A stretch of DNA of 64,000 nucleotides from Schmidtea nova (lineage: Eukaryota). Within the stretch, counting starts at the first letter, position 1; the number at the start of each line of letters is the position of its first letter. Position numbers and translations under genes: made by a program. The notes beneath the pieces are model-generated. The model searched no databases and was not told where the DNA came from. It saw only the letters and a program-made list of their open reading frames with translations. Location of the stretch: positions 122,326,001-122,390,000 of the forward strand of contig CM097884.1 of the NCBI GenBank assembly GCA_044892505.1, given 5' to 3'. This document shows, piece after piece, positions 11,734-24,655 of this stretch.

Positions 11734-13029
11734 TTTTTTTGATCAGCGTGAAAAAAGTGAAAATATGTAAATATTAAAACAACATCTAATTTTATCCATT
11801 TAATAATTAATTAATTTAAAAGATTGAAAATTTAATCTAAGGCACTACACATTGACATTTATTTACATAGATATTTATTTTATTAAATCTAATTAAAAGT
11901 TTCAATTTAATTAAAAATTAATATTTAAAGACTTCTTTCAAAATAGCAGCCTGATCATAGAGTTATAATTATTTAGAATTATCATCATGGTTTTTGCAAA
12001 AACAGCTGAAAATAAAGTAATAAAAAATTATTTAAAATAAATATCAAAATAAATAAATAATAAACAAAGATGTTCTTTTCGTAGAATAAATGAAAAAAGT
12101 TTTTTTTTTCAATTTTATAAAAAATATCAAAAATTAATTAATTAGTTTTTGAAATTAATTAATTAATTATAAACACTATTTTCTAATGATATTCTGCCGA
12201 ATAAATTTAATTATGTTTTTCAATTTCTTTCGAACTCTTGTTATTATTTTCTCCACATTAATAGACACGACAGTCGAAGTATAAATGACAGTTCTATTTG
12301 ATATGGCAGTGAATTGAAATTAAGAAAACAATCAAGTAGAAAACTAATTGACATATATAATGATAAATTATTCCATTTATCATATCAACTCAGTTTCTCT
12401 GCATTTAATAATTGTTTTTTCAAAGGTTTTACAATTTCCTGTTAAACAATATGCTTTCAAAATATTGAAAATCGCTCACAACCGCCTATTTTACCGTTTT
12501 CCTTTATTAAATCATCAATGCGTCTTTATTAAATTTTCAAACCCGATCTTGCTTTTACGCATACTCCTTATTTGTATAATTACTTTAAACTTGAAATATT
12601 ATTTCGAACTTCCTATATAATTGTTGGGTTATTATTAAATTGTCGGTTACTGTCTGAATTCTCGTGTCCTATATTTATAAAAAAATTAAGAAAACCCAAC
12701 ACAATAATCTTTATTTTCAAATTTCCACACCCAATTACAGTTGCACACTTATCTGCACTCTACAAAGCGTTAGGAGCAGGTCTTTTAATGGGAGATGCCC
12801 ATTTATTGTATGTAAACAATTTATTTGACACAAATTCTAACCTTCTGCAACCTTTAAAACTTCGTCCCTGTTCTCTTTATAAAATATTTATCTAATTTTT
12901 GAATTATTATTTCGTGCTTCGACCGACTAGCGATTTGAACTATTTGTCCTAGTTTATATAGTGACTCCTGTCACGAGCTAGTTATGACATAATTATATTT
13001 CTGTCGGTAATCCCAATTTTCTATTTTAT

Positions 13030-13461
13030 CTTTCGGATTTAATCACAATGCTTCTGGGGTTTTCCACTGAGTTTTCTTATTTTTACCGTGGGATTTTCAA
13101 TCAATTTTCAATAATAGGATTTGTAGTTGCTTGCCTGAGCTTCCTCTACTTATCCGATTTTCTCGATAATTAGATAATTTTGTTGACGACTCGGGTTTTT
13201 CATTAGGTAATTAATTTCTTTTTTCTTATAATTTCTTTTCTCGAGCCTTTTTTTAATATTATATTGCCAAATTTGAATTTCACTATTCATTTGGCATCCT
13301 TCCTTACCAATTTTCCCGCTAAATCTTTATTTTTTAATTTTTCAAATTTTAATTAATTTTTTTACTTTAATTATTACTTCTTTCATGCTTTTATTGATTT
13401 TCATATAGTTTTTGTGTTTTATTTTATTTTATTTCATGCCTGTTCAGGTGAATCCCAACAT
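13030..13461 (-). repeat. Copy of a diverged solo-LTR-like repeat family
   Basis: Minus strand starts TGTTGGGATTCACCTGAACAGGCATGAAATAAAAT, shared with 18269, 19622 and 63551. Confidence 0.55.
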
Positions 13462-14230
13462 AATACATAAATGTTTGTACAATATATCAAAACTATGTTT
13501 TCGTCCATTCAAACACAAATTTATGGTATTGTCTTTTTTAATTGTTTATTTGAAAAAGAATAAAGGAGGTGCCACAAAAGTTGTGTTGAATAGGAAAAGA
13601 TAATAGGCAATAAATGGGTTGATTTCTGTGTTTTTTACTATTTTTGTCGTTTTTTGTAACAGCATAGAAAACTGATAAATATTTGTTTTCAATATTTATG
13701 TAAAATCAAAATCAAAATCGGTAATTTTGCGTTTCGTTATTTTTGTTATTTTCTTGAATTTCTTGTGCCCCACATTTCTTTTGAAAATTCAAATTTTTTT
13801 GTGATTTCTTTTCTATATCTATAAATATACCTTTGGCGACGGATTATAGCCATAAAATTGAGAAAGTCTCGATGAAGTCCGGTTGCAATAAATAAATGAA
13901 AATTATCATCAGTCTCTATTTAAACAGATATTATTAATGATTAGTTAATAAATTTAATAAATTAATAATAAATACATTAATGAATAGGGTTTTCCTAAAA
14001 TACTAATTCTCATAAAACATTAAATATCAATAGAACAATAGTTACTACATAGATAACGGATTATAAAAGTGAGTAGGTAGATGTGTGAAGTCAAACACAA
14101 AGACATGCATAGGCGGAACATTTTAAACAAAGTCCGGGGATTAAAAAATTTGCGTGGGCGAAAGGGGGGTCAATTTTTTTAAAAATCTTTTTTTTAATCT
14201 TTTTTTTAATCTTTTTTTCAATTTTTTTTG

Positions 14231-14495
14231 ACGCATCGATAACTCATCAATTTTTTTAAAAAATTTTTTTTTCTCATGAAATATTTTTAAATTTTATTAT
14301 TTTTAAATTTTTTTTGATTTTTCGTACTCATCGATGACTCACCAGTGACTGATCAAAAGTTTTTTTAGTATTAAATATTTAAAAATTTTTTAATTGTTGA
14401 CTCATCGATGACTCTTCGTTTTCATGATTCATCGTTTTGACTCATCTGATGAATAATTTTAAATTTGAATTTTATGACGTCATCGATGACTCATT
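14231..14495. repeat. Cluster of GACTCATCGATGACTC-type near-palindromic motifs, probably transposon subterminal repeats
   Basis: TGACTCA at 14335, 14398, 14438 and 14487; TGACGTCA at 14475. Confidence 0.65.
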
Positions 14496-15153
14496 TCAAA
14501 TTTAAATAAAATAAAAATCTTTTAAAAATTTAAAGTACCAAGGTAAAATTTGGTATCATTCGAAAGGCCTTCGAGAGCTGCACACGATTATATTATTTTT
14601 GAAGGTGTGTGATCGAAAAATAAAATTTTGAAATAAAAACAAAAAGTTCAAATTTTTTCAAACAAATTAGATATAATTGAAAAGGTTTTTTCATGGTCAT
14701 AACAAACAAGGCTCAAAATATTTAAAACTATGTATATCAAAAGTTAATAGTGTTGATGGTGCGCAAATATAATTTTATACCCTTTTTAAACAACGACATT
14801 GCAAGTTAACAAAGACATTGTAATGCAGATGCAACTTAGTAATAATAAATACAAAGACTAAATAATAATAAAATTTATTTACAAATAGCGTTGGGAACCT
14901 GTACAAAATTTCGACTCAAAATTATTCATACGAAAATTATTCTTAGAAATATTATTATTCATAGGAATATTATTCTTAGGAATATTCGACATTTTCTCTA
15001 ACTTTATCGACGTTGATATTAGCAATATCACGATTAGTATAAATAAACAGATATAATGTAATACTAATGCTGTATTTTCGTTTTCAATTTGAACTGTTTG
15101 ATTTTGACATCTGACTTGTTCATACTGTTTTTTAAACATTGTTTTATTTTGAC

Positions 15154-17046
15154 CAGTCCCGGATTACCCATTAGACAGAGTAGGCAACTGCTTATGGGTC
15201 CAGCGACCTTTAGGGGCCCCATGAGACCGTGACGAAAGAATCTTTGTACTTACTTATTTATTGTTAAGAATAGAGGCGACTGACGACGCTGACGTCATAC
15301 AATAATGTTTTCAAGTTAGTCTAGTAGTTAAGTTAAATTAAATTCAATAATTATAAATTAAATTTATAGATCCTAGATAAAATGTCGATGAAAGAGAGAA
15401 GACACGAAAGCGGAGCAGAGAAGCGAAGAAAGAAAAAGGAAGCCAAAGTGAAGCTTCAAGAAGAAATTAAAATGACTCCGTCGCTTTTCCAACTTGGCTT
15501 CACTCGTTCGTCTGCAGAAGATCAATCCTGTGGCAGTAGTGCCGCCGGCAGTGCCAGCGATGTTATGGCGACAGACTTGCCTTCCGAAGTGACTGCTGTA
15601 CAACTGACTGAGCCTCAGGACACCATAGATGAGACTGCCAAAACCGATCAGGATTTTAATGTGATTGCTCCGGAGAGGCAAATTCAGGGACTGGAATTTC
15701 AAAAAGACGTCGGATTATGGGAAAACATTACTAACGCAAAGACAATTCACGCCATAGACAATTCACGAAGCAAAATGTCTGTTACAAGACCAGTCGAGAA
15801 AGGAAACCGTCATTATGTCAGTCTTTTGGGCTGTCATCTTGGAAAGAATCAATGCAGTCAGTAAATCATTACAGAAAGAAACGATAGAACTCCAGACGGC
15901 CGTCAATATGTTGCAATCATTGTCAGATTTTCTAACATCACAGAGAAATTTGTTTGATGAATACGAAGAGAAGGCTAAAGAGAAAAGTGAAGCACAGTAC
16001 TCTGACGATTGTAATCGTTTTCGCTAGCAAAAACGACATCACGCCGATGGTGACGCTGAAGAAGTTGTACTTCTTGGAAAAGACAAGTTCAGGATTGAAA
16101 TCTATTTACTGATATTGGACAAACTATCTGCTGAGCTCAACCGCCGCATGCGAGCATACGGTAAAATTCAGTCGTTGTTTGGATTTTTAGTTGAATTTCC
16201 GTCCAAAACAGATGACGAATTAAGACACGCAACCGAGAAATTTCTAGAGAATTATCCTGATGACATCGATATCCATTTCCAAATTGAAATGGTTCACTTC
16301 AAGTATTTCGCATTGGCGGCTTTGCAGTTTGAAGATTCCGATGATAAAATATCTACATCGCAATCACATAAACTCATTTGTGACAACATGCTCTAGTCTA
16401 CATTTCCAAACGTTTTGACTGCACTACGAATTTACAGATGCTTAATGATCACAAACGCGACCGGTGAACGAACATTTTCCAAATTGAAAATTCTGAAAAA
16501 ATTTCATCGAGTTTCAATGACGCAAGAACGATTGAATACACTTGCCATTATGGCCACTGAAAACGACGTTTTGTAGAATATTGACTTACAAGATATTTTA
16601 CACAACTTCACTACTGTGAAATTAAGACAGAAGACATTTTGAAGGTTCGTTAGTCGTTACTTAAAAAGAGATTGGTAATTGTAAACGGTTGACTCGTATT
16701 TTACGGTATGGAACAGTAGCTATCTATCATAGGTCGTAATTTAAGTTTCATATTATTTCTTTCTGGATAAATAGTTAAATACGTAAATATACAGACTACA
16801 GTGATTGTTTTCTTAAATTATTAATCTAATAATTATAATGTCTTATTGGCATTACGGTATTGCTACATATGACATTTTATACTTATAAAAGAACATTTTA
16901 TGTCTTGGCACTGGGAGGCTAATTTAAACGAGTGAAATCGACTGGGCACTGGCGTTCTACTTCTAGTAGGCACCAGGCCGACTAGGGACATGGGGCCCCA
17001 AAAGTTTGACTGCCTATGGGCCTCCACGGTGCTTAATCCGGCGCTG
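15154..17046 (+). mobile_element. Internally deleted hAT transposon
   Basis: TIRs CAGTCCCGGATTA / TAATCCGGCGCTG. The 8-bp flanks ATTTTGAC and ATTCTGAA match at 6 of 8 positions. Confidence 0.85.
15382..16642 (+). pseudogene. hAT transposase remnant: N-terminus fused to the C-terminal half, catalytic core deleted
   Basis: ESGAEKRRKKKE...; FWAVILERINAVSKSLQ; STFPNVLTALRIY; TNATGERTFSKLKILK...MTQERLNTLAIM (hAT dimerisation domain). Three in-frame TAG stops. Confidence 0.9.
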
Positions 17047-17348
17047 ATTCTGAAATTTGACTCTTTGATAGATTTTGGCAATCATTTTTTCGATTTTATT
17101 CTTAATCAAATCATGTTTTGAAGGACACTGATCACATTGTAATCGTATTTGGTCGCATTCAATGTTTCATTGTAACTCGCACAAGGGATGGGATGATTGG
17201 TAAGCTTTGGCAAGCTTTGGCAAGCTTTGACATATGAGTATCGTATGAGTATATGAGTATAGCATATGAGTATCGTACCTGAGATGGTGCGTGTGCGTGT
17301 TTCAAACATTTTTCTACAACTATTTTATGAAATTTCCTACCTCAGTTT

Positions 17349-17440
17349 AAACAAAGACATTGCAATGCTAAAGCAACTCAGCAAAGACATTGCAATGCCA
17401 AAGCAACTTAACAAAGACAATGCAATCAAGATGCAAGCCA
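17349..17440 (+). repeat. Three ~30-bp tandem units (AACAAAGACATTGCAATGC..); related unit at ~14788-14836 on the other side of the hAT
   Basis: Direct reading. Confidence 0.75.
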
Positions 17441-17471
17441 AATTTATAAAGATTTGTAAAAAACAATAACT

Positions 17472-17472
<1 letters not shown>

Positions 17473-17559
<87 letters not shown>
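17473..17559. repeat. (AAT)n microsatellite
   Basis: Direct reading. Confidence 0.97.
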
Positions 17560-17561
<2 letters not shown>

Positions 17562-18268
17562 CCATACCAATCTTCCCCACTAAATATATATTTTTAAATT
17601 TTAATTAATTTTCATGGTTTAATTATTACTTTTAAAATATTTATATTTTTATTGATTTTTATCAAGTGTTTGCTTTTTTATTTTTTATTTGAGCTTATCT
17701 TATTAAACCCAAACAAAATTAAGAAACTAAATCACAGTTGAATGGTATTTAGATCTTGTCTATTCATTTAAATTAAATGACTAACACCATATACATTTGA
17801 TGTGTGGCGGTACTTCAAAATTTGGACCCCTCCGCAAAAAATATATTTCACCCAATTTTTATTGAATTTATATCAAAGATACAAATCAGTGCTTCATTGA
17901 GTAATACAAAAGTTAAAATTTAAAGAACATAATTTTATATTTGTGGGCCAACTATTATAAATGCCGAAAAAACGTTTTCTTGAGTTCTTGAACATTGTTA
18001 GCGAAAAGTATTGACCAAAGTTTGTGAGGATAATAAAAGTTTTATTAATTAAATAATTATTTCTGATTTAAAATTTGATCAAAAAACTTTGACAATTATT
18101 GATCACGTGTTATATGTTATGTGTCAACGACTAAGATCGTGGGATTCAAAAATAAATAGGCGAAATTCTTTGAAAGCGTGATTTGAACATTTTTAAATAA
18201 ACAAGATCTTAAACTCAGTTCATGCCGATCATTTAAAGTTTTTGTAATATGAATTGAATCATTTAAAT

Positions 18269-19084
18269 TGTTGGGGTCGTGCTTAGATAAGCATGAAATA
18301 AAATAAAAAGCAAAAAAAAACTATGGGCAAATCAATAAAAAAACACAAAATCAAAAGAAAGATAATTAAATTTAATAAATTAATTAAAAATTTGAAAATA
18401 TTAAAAATAAAGTTTTTGTGGGAGAAATTGGTATGCGCGGAAGGCAAATGGGGAGACGAGTTCGAATATGATAATAAAGTATCAATGGGGTGTCATCAGA
18501 AAAATGTATTCAATAAACATAAATTAATTAAAAATTAATGAATAATTTAATAGTTACGAAAAAAATCCGAGTCAAGAGGAAGCCTGAGTGCATTGGAGAT
18601 CAGGGCTAGTGGAGAGTCCGAACAAAGGGAAACCTGAGATGAAATTAAATTACGAAAAGCGCGGATCAAATAAATCGAATTATAACAAATTTCAATCAAC
18701 AAAAATCAAATTACTGAAATTCATAATTTAATTTCATCTCAAGTTTGGAAACATAATAAATCTTTTGACAAGCTAGAAAACTAAAAAAGCGAAATGGAAA
18801 CAAAATCGAATTGCCAGTTTGGTCGAAGAAAATTTTTATTGGTTTTAACGATTTGGTAAGCGAGTAGAAAATTATTGTAAAAGAAATATTAGCAAATCAA
18901 AACGTATCAGAAAGGACAATCTACCTTTGGCAGACCTACCACTATCGCTTAGAAAAAAGAGTGCAGAAAGTATGTGCAGAAACTTGAGAAAGTTGTATTA
19001 ATTTTAGTCATTGTAAATTGTCAGATAGAAATAAATAAAAATTTACTGTGTTGGGTCTAAGTTATTTTATCAATTGACGGAGCA
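18269..19084 (+). repeat. Solo-LTR-like repeat, diverged
   Basis: Starts TGTTGGGG, has AATAAA near its end and a putative end GGAGCA, and aligns loosely to 19622-20338. No TSD seen. Confidence 0.45.
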
Positions 19085-19621
19085 TGAGGAGTCAGAAACT
19101 AGACCGACTCAAATTAAAAACCCAACAAAATTGTTGTGTTAAACTATTTTTTGATTGAACAGATTTTTGTTTCTTATTTTGATATCTAAAATTTTGTTTT
19201 TAATTCTATAAAATATTTTGTTTAATAAATCATATTTTAACTTATAAAAATTTAAATAGTTTTTATTTTATACATTTCCAAATATATAGTATAATGGTTG
19301 TTNNNNNNNNNNNNNNNNNNNNNNNNNNNNNNNNNNNNNNNNNNNNNNNNNNNNNNNNNNNNNNNNNNNNNNNNNNNNNNNNNNNNNNNNNNNNNNNNNN
19401 NNNNNNNNNNNNNNNNNNNNNNNNNNNNNNNNNNNCGAAAAAATCTAGAAATCTTTTTTAATCATATTTAGTAGACTAAGTACTTTTAGAAAAATATTTG
19501 TTCAATGGATCTTTAAAGGATTAATCTACAATCGACGCTCAAAGTAAGGAGTGGAATAAAGTTTCCGAGCCTGACCAAAATATGATGAAAGTTTGGAATT
19601 CCTTATAATTTTTTATAGTAT

Positions 19622-20338
19622 TGTTGGGGTTTGCTTGAACACGCACGAAATAAAATAAAAAGCAGAAAAACTATGTGCTAATCAATGAAAAAATGAAAAC
19701 TTGAAAAGTCAATTAAAAATTTGGAAAATTAAAAATAAATATTCAGTGGGGAAACTGGTATGAGAAGATGACAAATTCAAGAGACAAATTCAAATAAGAT
19801 AATATAAAATCAAAATGAGGTCCCCAGAAAAAAATATTAAGAAAAAACAAATTAATTAAAAAAAATTAATTACCCGAGTCATCAACAAAATTATTTAATT
19901 ACTAGGGGAACTGGGATGATGACAAAGCCAGAGTGAATGACAGATAAAGGAATTATCCCTAAACAATTAATTATCGCTAAACCCATGGGAAGAGGTAAAG
20001 CCTGAGCGGTGAAGAGAACCGAATCTTATTAACATAATTGGACTCTTTAGATTAATTGATCAAGAGACGCTGACCAATATTTTTATCAAAAAAATACTTT
20101 AAAAAGATAAATAAATTTAGTATTCTTGCCAGTTGGTCAAGGATAATTGTGCGATTTAATAAGAAGGTTAAATACAAAATTTGAATTCAAATCAACCAGA
20201 AAAAGAATCAGCCATTGGAAGCCTTACCCCTAAATGCTGAAAAGTGAAGATTATTAACAAGTGTTAATGACATAGTAATTGTGCATTAAAATTAAATGTA
20301 AGTTACTGTGTAAGGTGACATTTTTTATAAAAGGAACA
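19622..20338 (+). repeat. Solo-LTR-like repeat, diverged
   Basis: TGTTGGGGTTTGCTTGAACACGCACGAAATAAAAT ... GGAACA. No TSD seen. Confidence 0.45.
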
Positions 20339-21316
20339 CAAAATGTCAGAGGTTTGTATTGACTTAATAATATGTTTTTTGTGTGATGTATTGAAGAAAA
20401 ATAATTATCCTTCAGTTATTCCGTTAATCGTTGAAAGCCTGTGTAGGAATATGTTTTTATTTAAAGAGATTTGAAGAGGTTCGATTAATTCATCAAAGAA
20501 TTTGGATTGACATTCTAGAATTGAAGATTGAAAGGCGTAACCACCTAGTCTACGTATTGCATATGAGTGGATTGCTTATGTGTAGAATGATAGATGATTT
20601 TTATATTTTTAAATGTATAAGGTTTTATATTGTCAAATTAGTATTTCGGTATTTAATGACCGGTATGGAATAGTAATTTTTATTTTTATATGTACCCATG
20701 ATTTTGTCATTTATATAAATTTTAATTATAATTTTATGTTATTTTCAATTTTGTTTATCATACATATTATTCATTTAATTTTTTTGTGAATAGATATGCT
20801 TCCTTGACTGCTCACGCGGCGAGGGAGCCATAGTCGACGTCGTGGAGCCTCGTAGCTTCACACGGCGGTTGTACCTTCTTATCAAATGTACTAACTTGGG
20901 GAAAATTTTTATAGAAATGCTCTGTTAATTATGCGCTATATTTTTCGAAAAAATTCATTTTTGCGTTGCACATAGTGATCATCGTGGAACGGCACATGGA
21001 GGAACGAGAGACGGACACAGAGTAGGCATTATAAATTATGTATGGTGATACAAAGGGGGATATCTAAAAAATAAAAGGGTTTAATTTTTGAACAGGATCA
21101 CCCACACCAAGGTCTAGAAATTATCAAATATTATTCGTAAATCCACAGGCCATCTAGCATAATCTGATTCGCATAAATCGATAAATTCTGAAGATAAACA
21201 AGATAGCGGTAATAACCAAATCATTCACCGACATACATAATTTTCACGGATGATAAAGGTCAAAAACCGGACACGGATGTAAACTATACCCAGACGACAT
21301 AGCGCTATTGGTAACA

Positions 21317-21505
21317 ATCCTGATCGCTGTAGTCAGCGCAGGAATTCATTAAGGATTTTTATACTTATCCTGATCGCTGTAGATAGCGCAGGAATTCATT
21401 CAAAAAGTGATACAATATCTACCCTGATCGCTGTACATATCGCAGGAACGCATAAAGTAATATAAATCTATTCCGATCGTGGTACATCGTGACGGAGGCA
21501 ATCAT
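21317..21505. repeat. Four-unit hairpin repeat array with 15-20 nt AT-rich spacers
   Basis: Units start at 21317, 21367, 21421 and 21470. Core ATCCTGATCGCTGTAG..AGCGCAGGAATTCATT. Confidence 0.85.
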
Positions 21506-21691
21506 TAATTTTATTATGAAATTTTATGATGAATTATGTTTTTATATTTTAAAATAACACAGATGTCAGTAGGGAGAGTATGCCAAATGTTAACCGATTT
21601 TCGACGTTCATTAGAGTAGTTGAATATTAAAACCGATGCAAGGAAACTAAAAGATTTACCATCTTCAATATTGCGGACGATCAGCGCCTAG

Positions 21692-22000
21692 ATGTTCAAA
21701 AAGCGTAGAAGTTTCGGAAGGAAGTGCCCATTCTCTATTTGGGCTGATAACGATGATAATATACGGTATCAAGGAGGCCCGGGATGGCCGATTTCTAACC
21801 GAAATTATTCTCCAAAGTTCGGCCGATTAGTAATCATCATAAAAGATTCTGATGGGAGACCCAGCCAACTGATATATTGGGGACACATTCCTCGAAGCGA
21901 GCTCAATCAATTGGGGCTTCATGCCTTTATCCCACCACGATCGTTCGGGAAAGAATACAGAACCAATCAATCCGATTTCTCATTAGCAAGGCTACACTAA
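21692..22000 (+). CDS. Orphan ORF (102 aa), probably a remnant of a mobile-element accessory gene
   Basis: Open frame with protein-like composition in a GC-richer block. No family recognised. Confidence 0.3.
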   Translation: MFKKRRSFGRKCPFSIWADNDDNIRYQGGPGWPISNRNYSPKFGRLVIIIKDSDGRPSQLIYWGHIPRSELNQLGLHAFIPPRSFGKEYRTNQSDFSLARLH

Positions 22001-22182
22001 GCAGCCATAAATCAGGAGCTCCATATCATGTTTAGAAACACACATTAACATAGTTTAGGCTTGTGCAAATAAATAAAAATTTGGTTAAATTCGAATCGTT
22101 TTTTTTGTTCAATTTCTATATGTATAAACGAACATTTCAATCTTAATTAAAGTGGAACTTTCAATTCATTAAAATATTGTAG

Positions 22183-22778
22183 ATAAACCCCGAATCGCAG
22201 CAGCAGAAAGAAATCGACAAATTATGGAGGATCCAAAGGGCCCAAGATAAAGAATTGGCCCAAACAAAAGCTCAGTTAGCCAAAGTAGTAGCACAATTAG
22301 CTCATCTGCACAAGAGTTGGTTTGCAACTGCGCGGATGAAGGATCAAATAAGCAAAACCAAGCGGGCTCAGAGAACCACAGAAGATTATAAAATGGAGTG
22401 GGAGGCAACCAAGACTGAACTGAGGAAATGCCTCCAATCAGTAACCGCAACCTATATCGAACAGGAATTAAAATCTCAAATCAGACCGGTGATATATCAA
22501 GGGTGGATCACCGAGAAAAAACCCATGAGTTCAATCGGCACGGATGTCGAAGGTCTGGCTGAGATCACCGTGGAAAAGGCACAACCAGTTATCAAGGGGG
22601 TTCCTTCAATTAGCACGCACCTGAAACGAAAACGGATAGACAGAAGCGAAGAAGGCAGAGGAAACTCTTTGCTCAACAACTGCAAATTCAGGTCGACGGA
22701 TTGTCTAACTTATCCGAATTGAAACTCTTGTCCGAAATTTTTAATCTTGAGGGGAATTTTACGCAAATGTTATAAACA
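22183..22778 (+). pseudogene. Orphan coiled-coil ORF with a late frameshift
   Basis: Open from a possible acceptor TTGTAG|ATA (INPESQQQKEIDKLWRIQRAQDKELAQTKAQLAKVVAQLAHL...). A shifted frame continues KLFAQQLQIQVDGLSNLSELKLLSEIFNLEGNFTQML*. Confidence 0.4.
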
Positions 22779-23269
22779 ATAAATCACCTACTGATTGTGT
22801 TGACATCTTTGTTATTTCTTTGTGTAAAATTTTCGTTAATTAAGATAAAAATAAATAGAACATAATAATTGTAACCAACACAGGCTTTGAAAAATTAAAT
22901 AATAAATTTATAAATATACTAACTCATTCGTAAATAACTAAATAGAAAATTACATAGTTTTGTAAAAGTAGATAAGAAATGTCACAGCGTATAACAAACA
23001 AATTAAATAATTCATAAATAAAGCGTAAGTCCTCCTAACGGCAGCAATGAACCCGTAAATATAAATGGAGAGTAGTTCTAGCAATAGAGCTCACCTGCCC
23101 ATCATTGTTTAATCACCTTGCGCATCACCAATTTGGTTATCAAGGGAGATAATCAAGGGTGCTCGAGTGAGAGTAGCAAACATTTATGTATGATCATGGA
23201 CGGGGAATCCCTAGCCACCATTAGAATTTTTCCATCTAACCCCTCCATGAACCCAGCATTATTATTATA

Positions 23270-23373
23270 AATAATTCTCATAATGATGACTATAGATCAA
23301 AATTTTTTTTTATAAACAATACTGTGCCGAAATATTGTGTTATTGTTTATAAAAAAAAATTTTGATCTATAGT
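23270..23373. mobile_element. Miniature PLE-B fold-back (minus arm to 23321, plus arm from 23322 starting inside the ribozyme)
   Basis: ...GATCAAAATTTTTTTTTATAAACAATA|CTGTGCCGAAATATTGTGTTATTGTTTATAAAAAAAAATTTTGATC, running into a gap. Confidence 0.85.
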
Positions 23374-24577
23374 NNNNNNNNNNNNNNNNNNNNNNNNNNN
23401 NNNNNNNNNNNNNNNNNNNNNNNNNNNNNNNNNNNNNNNNNNNNNNNNNNNNNNNNNNNNNNNNNNNNNNNNNNNNNNNNNNNNNNNNNNNNNNNNNNNN
23501 NNNNNNNNNNNNNNNNNNTTATATTATTCCAACTTTTGAGAGAATTGAAAAGTAGAAAATTGAAGTGGGGAAATTATTTATTATTTGTATCTAAAAAACG
23601 TTAACAAATAAAGCAAATAAATTCAAAATTCGACAGCGTCAAATAACAATCACAATAATTTCTTGATAGTGTAGATTTTCCAACATTTATTTCCCATTGA
23701 AAAAGCAGCAGTAGCACACGTGAAATTGTATTTGGTCAAATCTACCAATAGAGAACTCTCAATAATTTCCTTCTAGTGTCGACGACTAGATTTTCAATAG
23801 TGTTTTTTATCTTATATAGTCTAAATGTGACAAAATTGGAATTCTGATTTCGTATTTAATAAATCCAGCTGACCAGTCCAATATTGATACTCGTTTGACT
23901 TGTTGATTAGATTTCTTTTACACGGACAAATCGTTGCCGTTTTCACTGAGAATCTTTTGGAGGAAATTTTATATTTTCGTTTTTTTATTATAGTAATAAG
24001 AATAATAAGAGGAAGAAGAAAAAGAAGAAGAACGCCCGAATAATTTCTTCTTGTTCTATTTGATATTATTTACAGATTTTGGGATAATCTTTCTATGAAA
24101 ATTCTGCAGAAACTGGTGAGTCTAAGTTCGAGTATTTGCTATATAAAAGACTTCCAACTCTAAAGTGCCATTTTCTATAATCCTCATATTATTTTGGGAG
24201 ATTTATCCGCCAAGTCCATTTTATTATTCATTAACTGTTAAATTTACCAAATAATATTCAATCGGCTTTTTATCAATGCAATTTGCAATATTTATATATT
24301 CTATCTAGTAAAGTTTATCCCGTATCCTTATTCACTTAAAAAATATTTGATTAAAAACGTTTATTACATGATTTGATTAAAATATTTTATTAATTAAAAA
24401 AATATTAATATTAGCCATTTTGATTTTATTCTATTTAATTGCTTACCGCCACTAGATGCTATTACAAACTTTGACTGTGTTATTACCCGTAGAGATAGAA
24501 GAATGATATGACTAATGTCAAGTTTGTTAGGTATCAAATTTTATTTATATACATTCGATTAAAGCAGTACAAAAATT

Positions 24578-24655
24578 GGGATGTTTGATGTAAATTGGTA
24601 GAAGAGTAGTCAGACTCTTAAAAAAGTTACTGGGTTTGATTCTTGAAGAGATCGA
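24578..24655 (+). other. Degenerate tRNA-derived sequence (Lys-CTT-like), probably a SINE head
   Basis: TTGGTAGA...CAGACTCTTAA...GGGTTTGATTC resembles A box, anticodon arm and B box. A cloverleaf cannot be formed. Confidence 0.3.

Noticed and set aside
4260-16580. Stop-codon reassignment or readthrough suggested by in-frame TGA (pogo) and TAG (hAT)
   Set aside because: Different elements show different stops plus frameshifts and deletions. Ordinary decay explains them.
21317-21505. CRISPR array
   Set aside because: Eukaryotic context, no cas genes, and spacers that are short, AT-rich and partly similar to each other. Kept only as a hairpin repeat array.
24578-24655. Functional tRNA-Lys gene
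   Set aside because: Acceptor and T stems cannot pair; at best a SINE-like relic.
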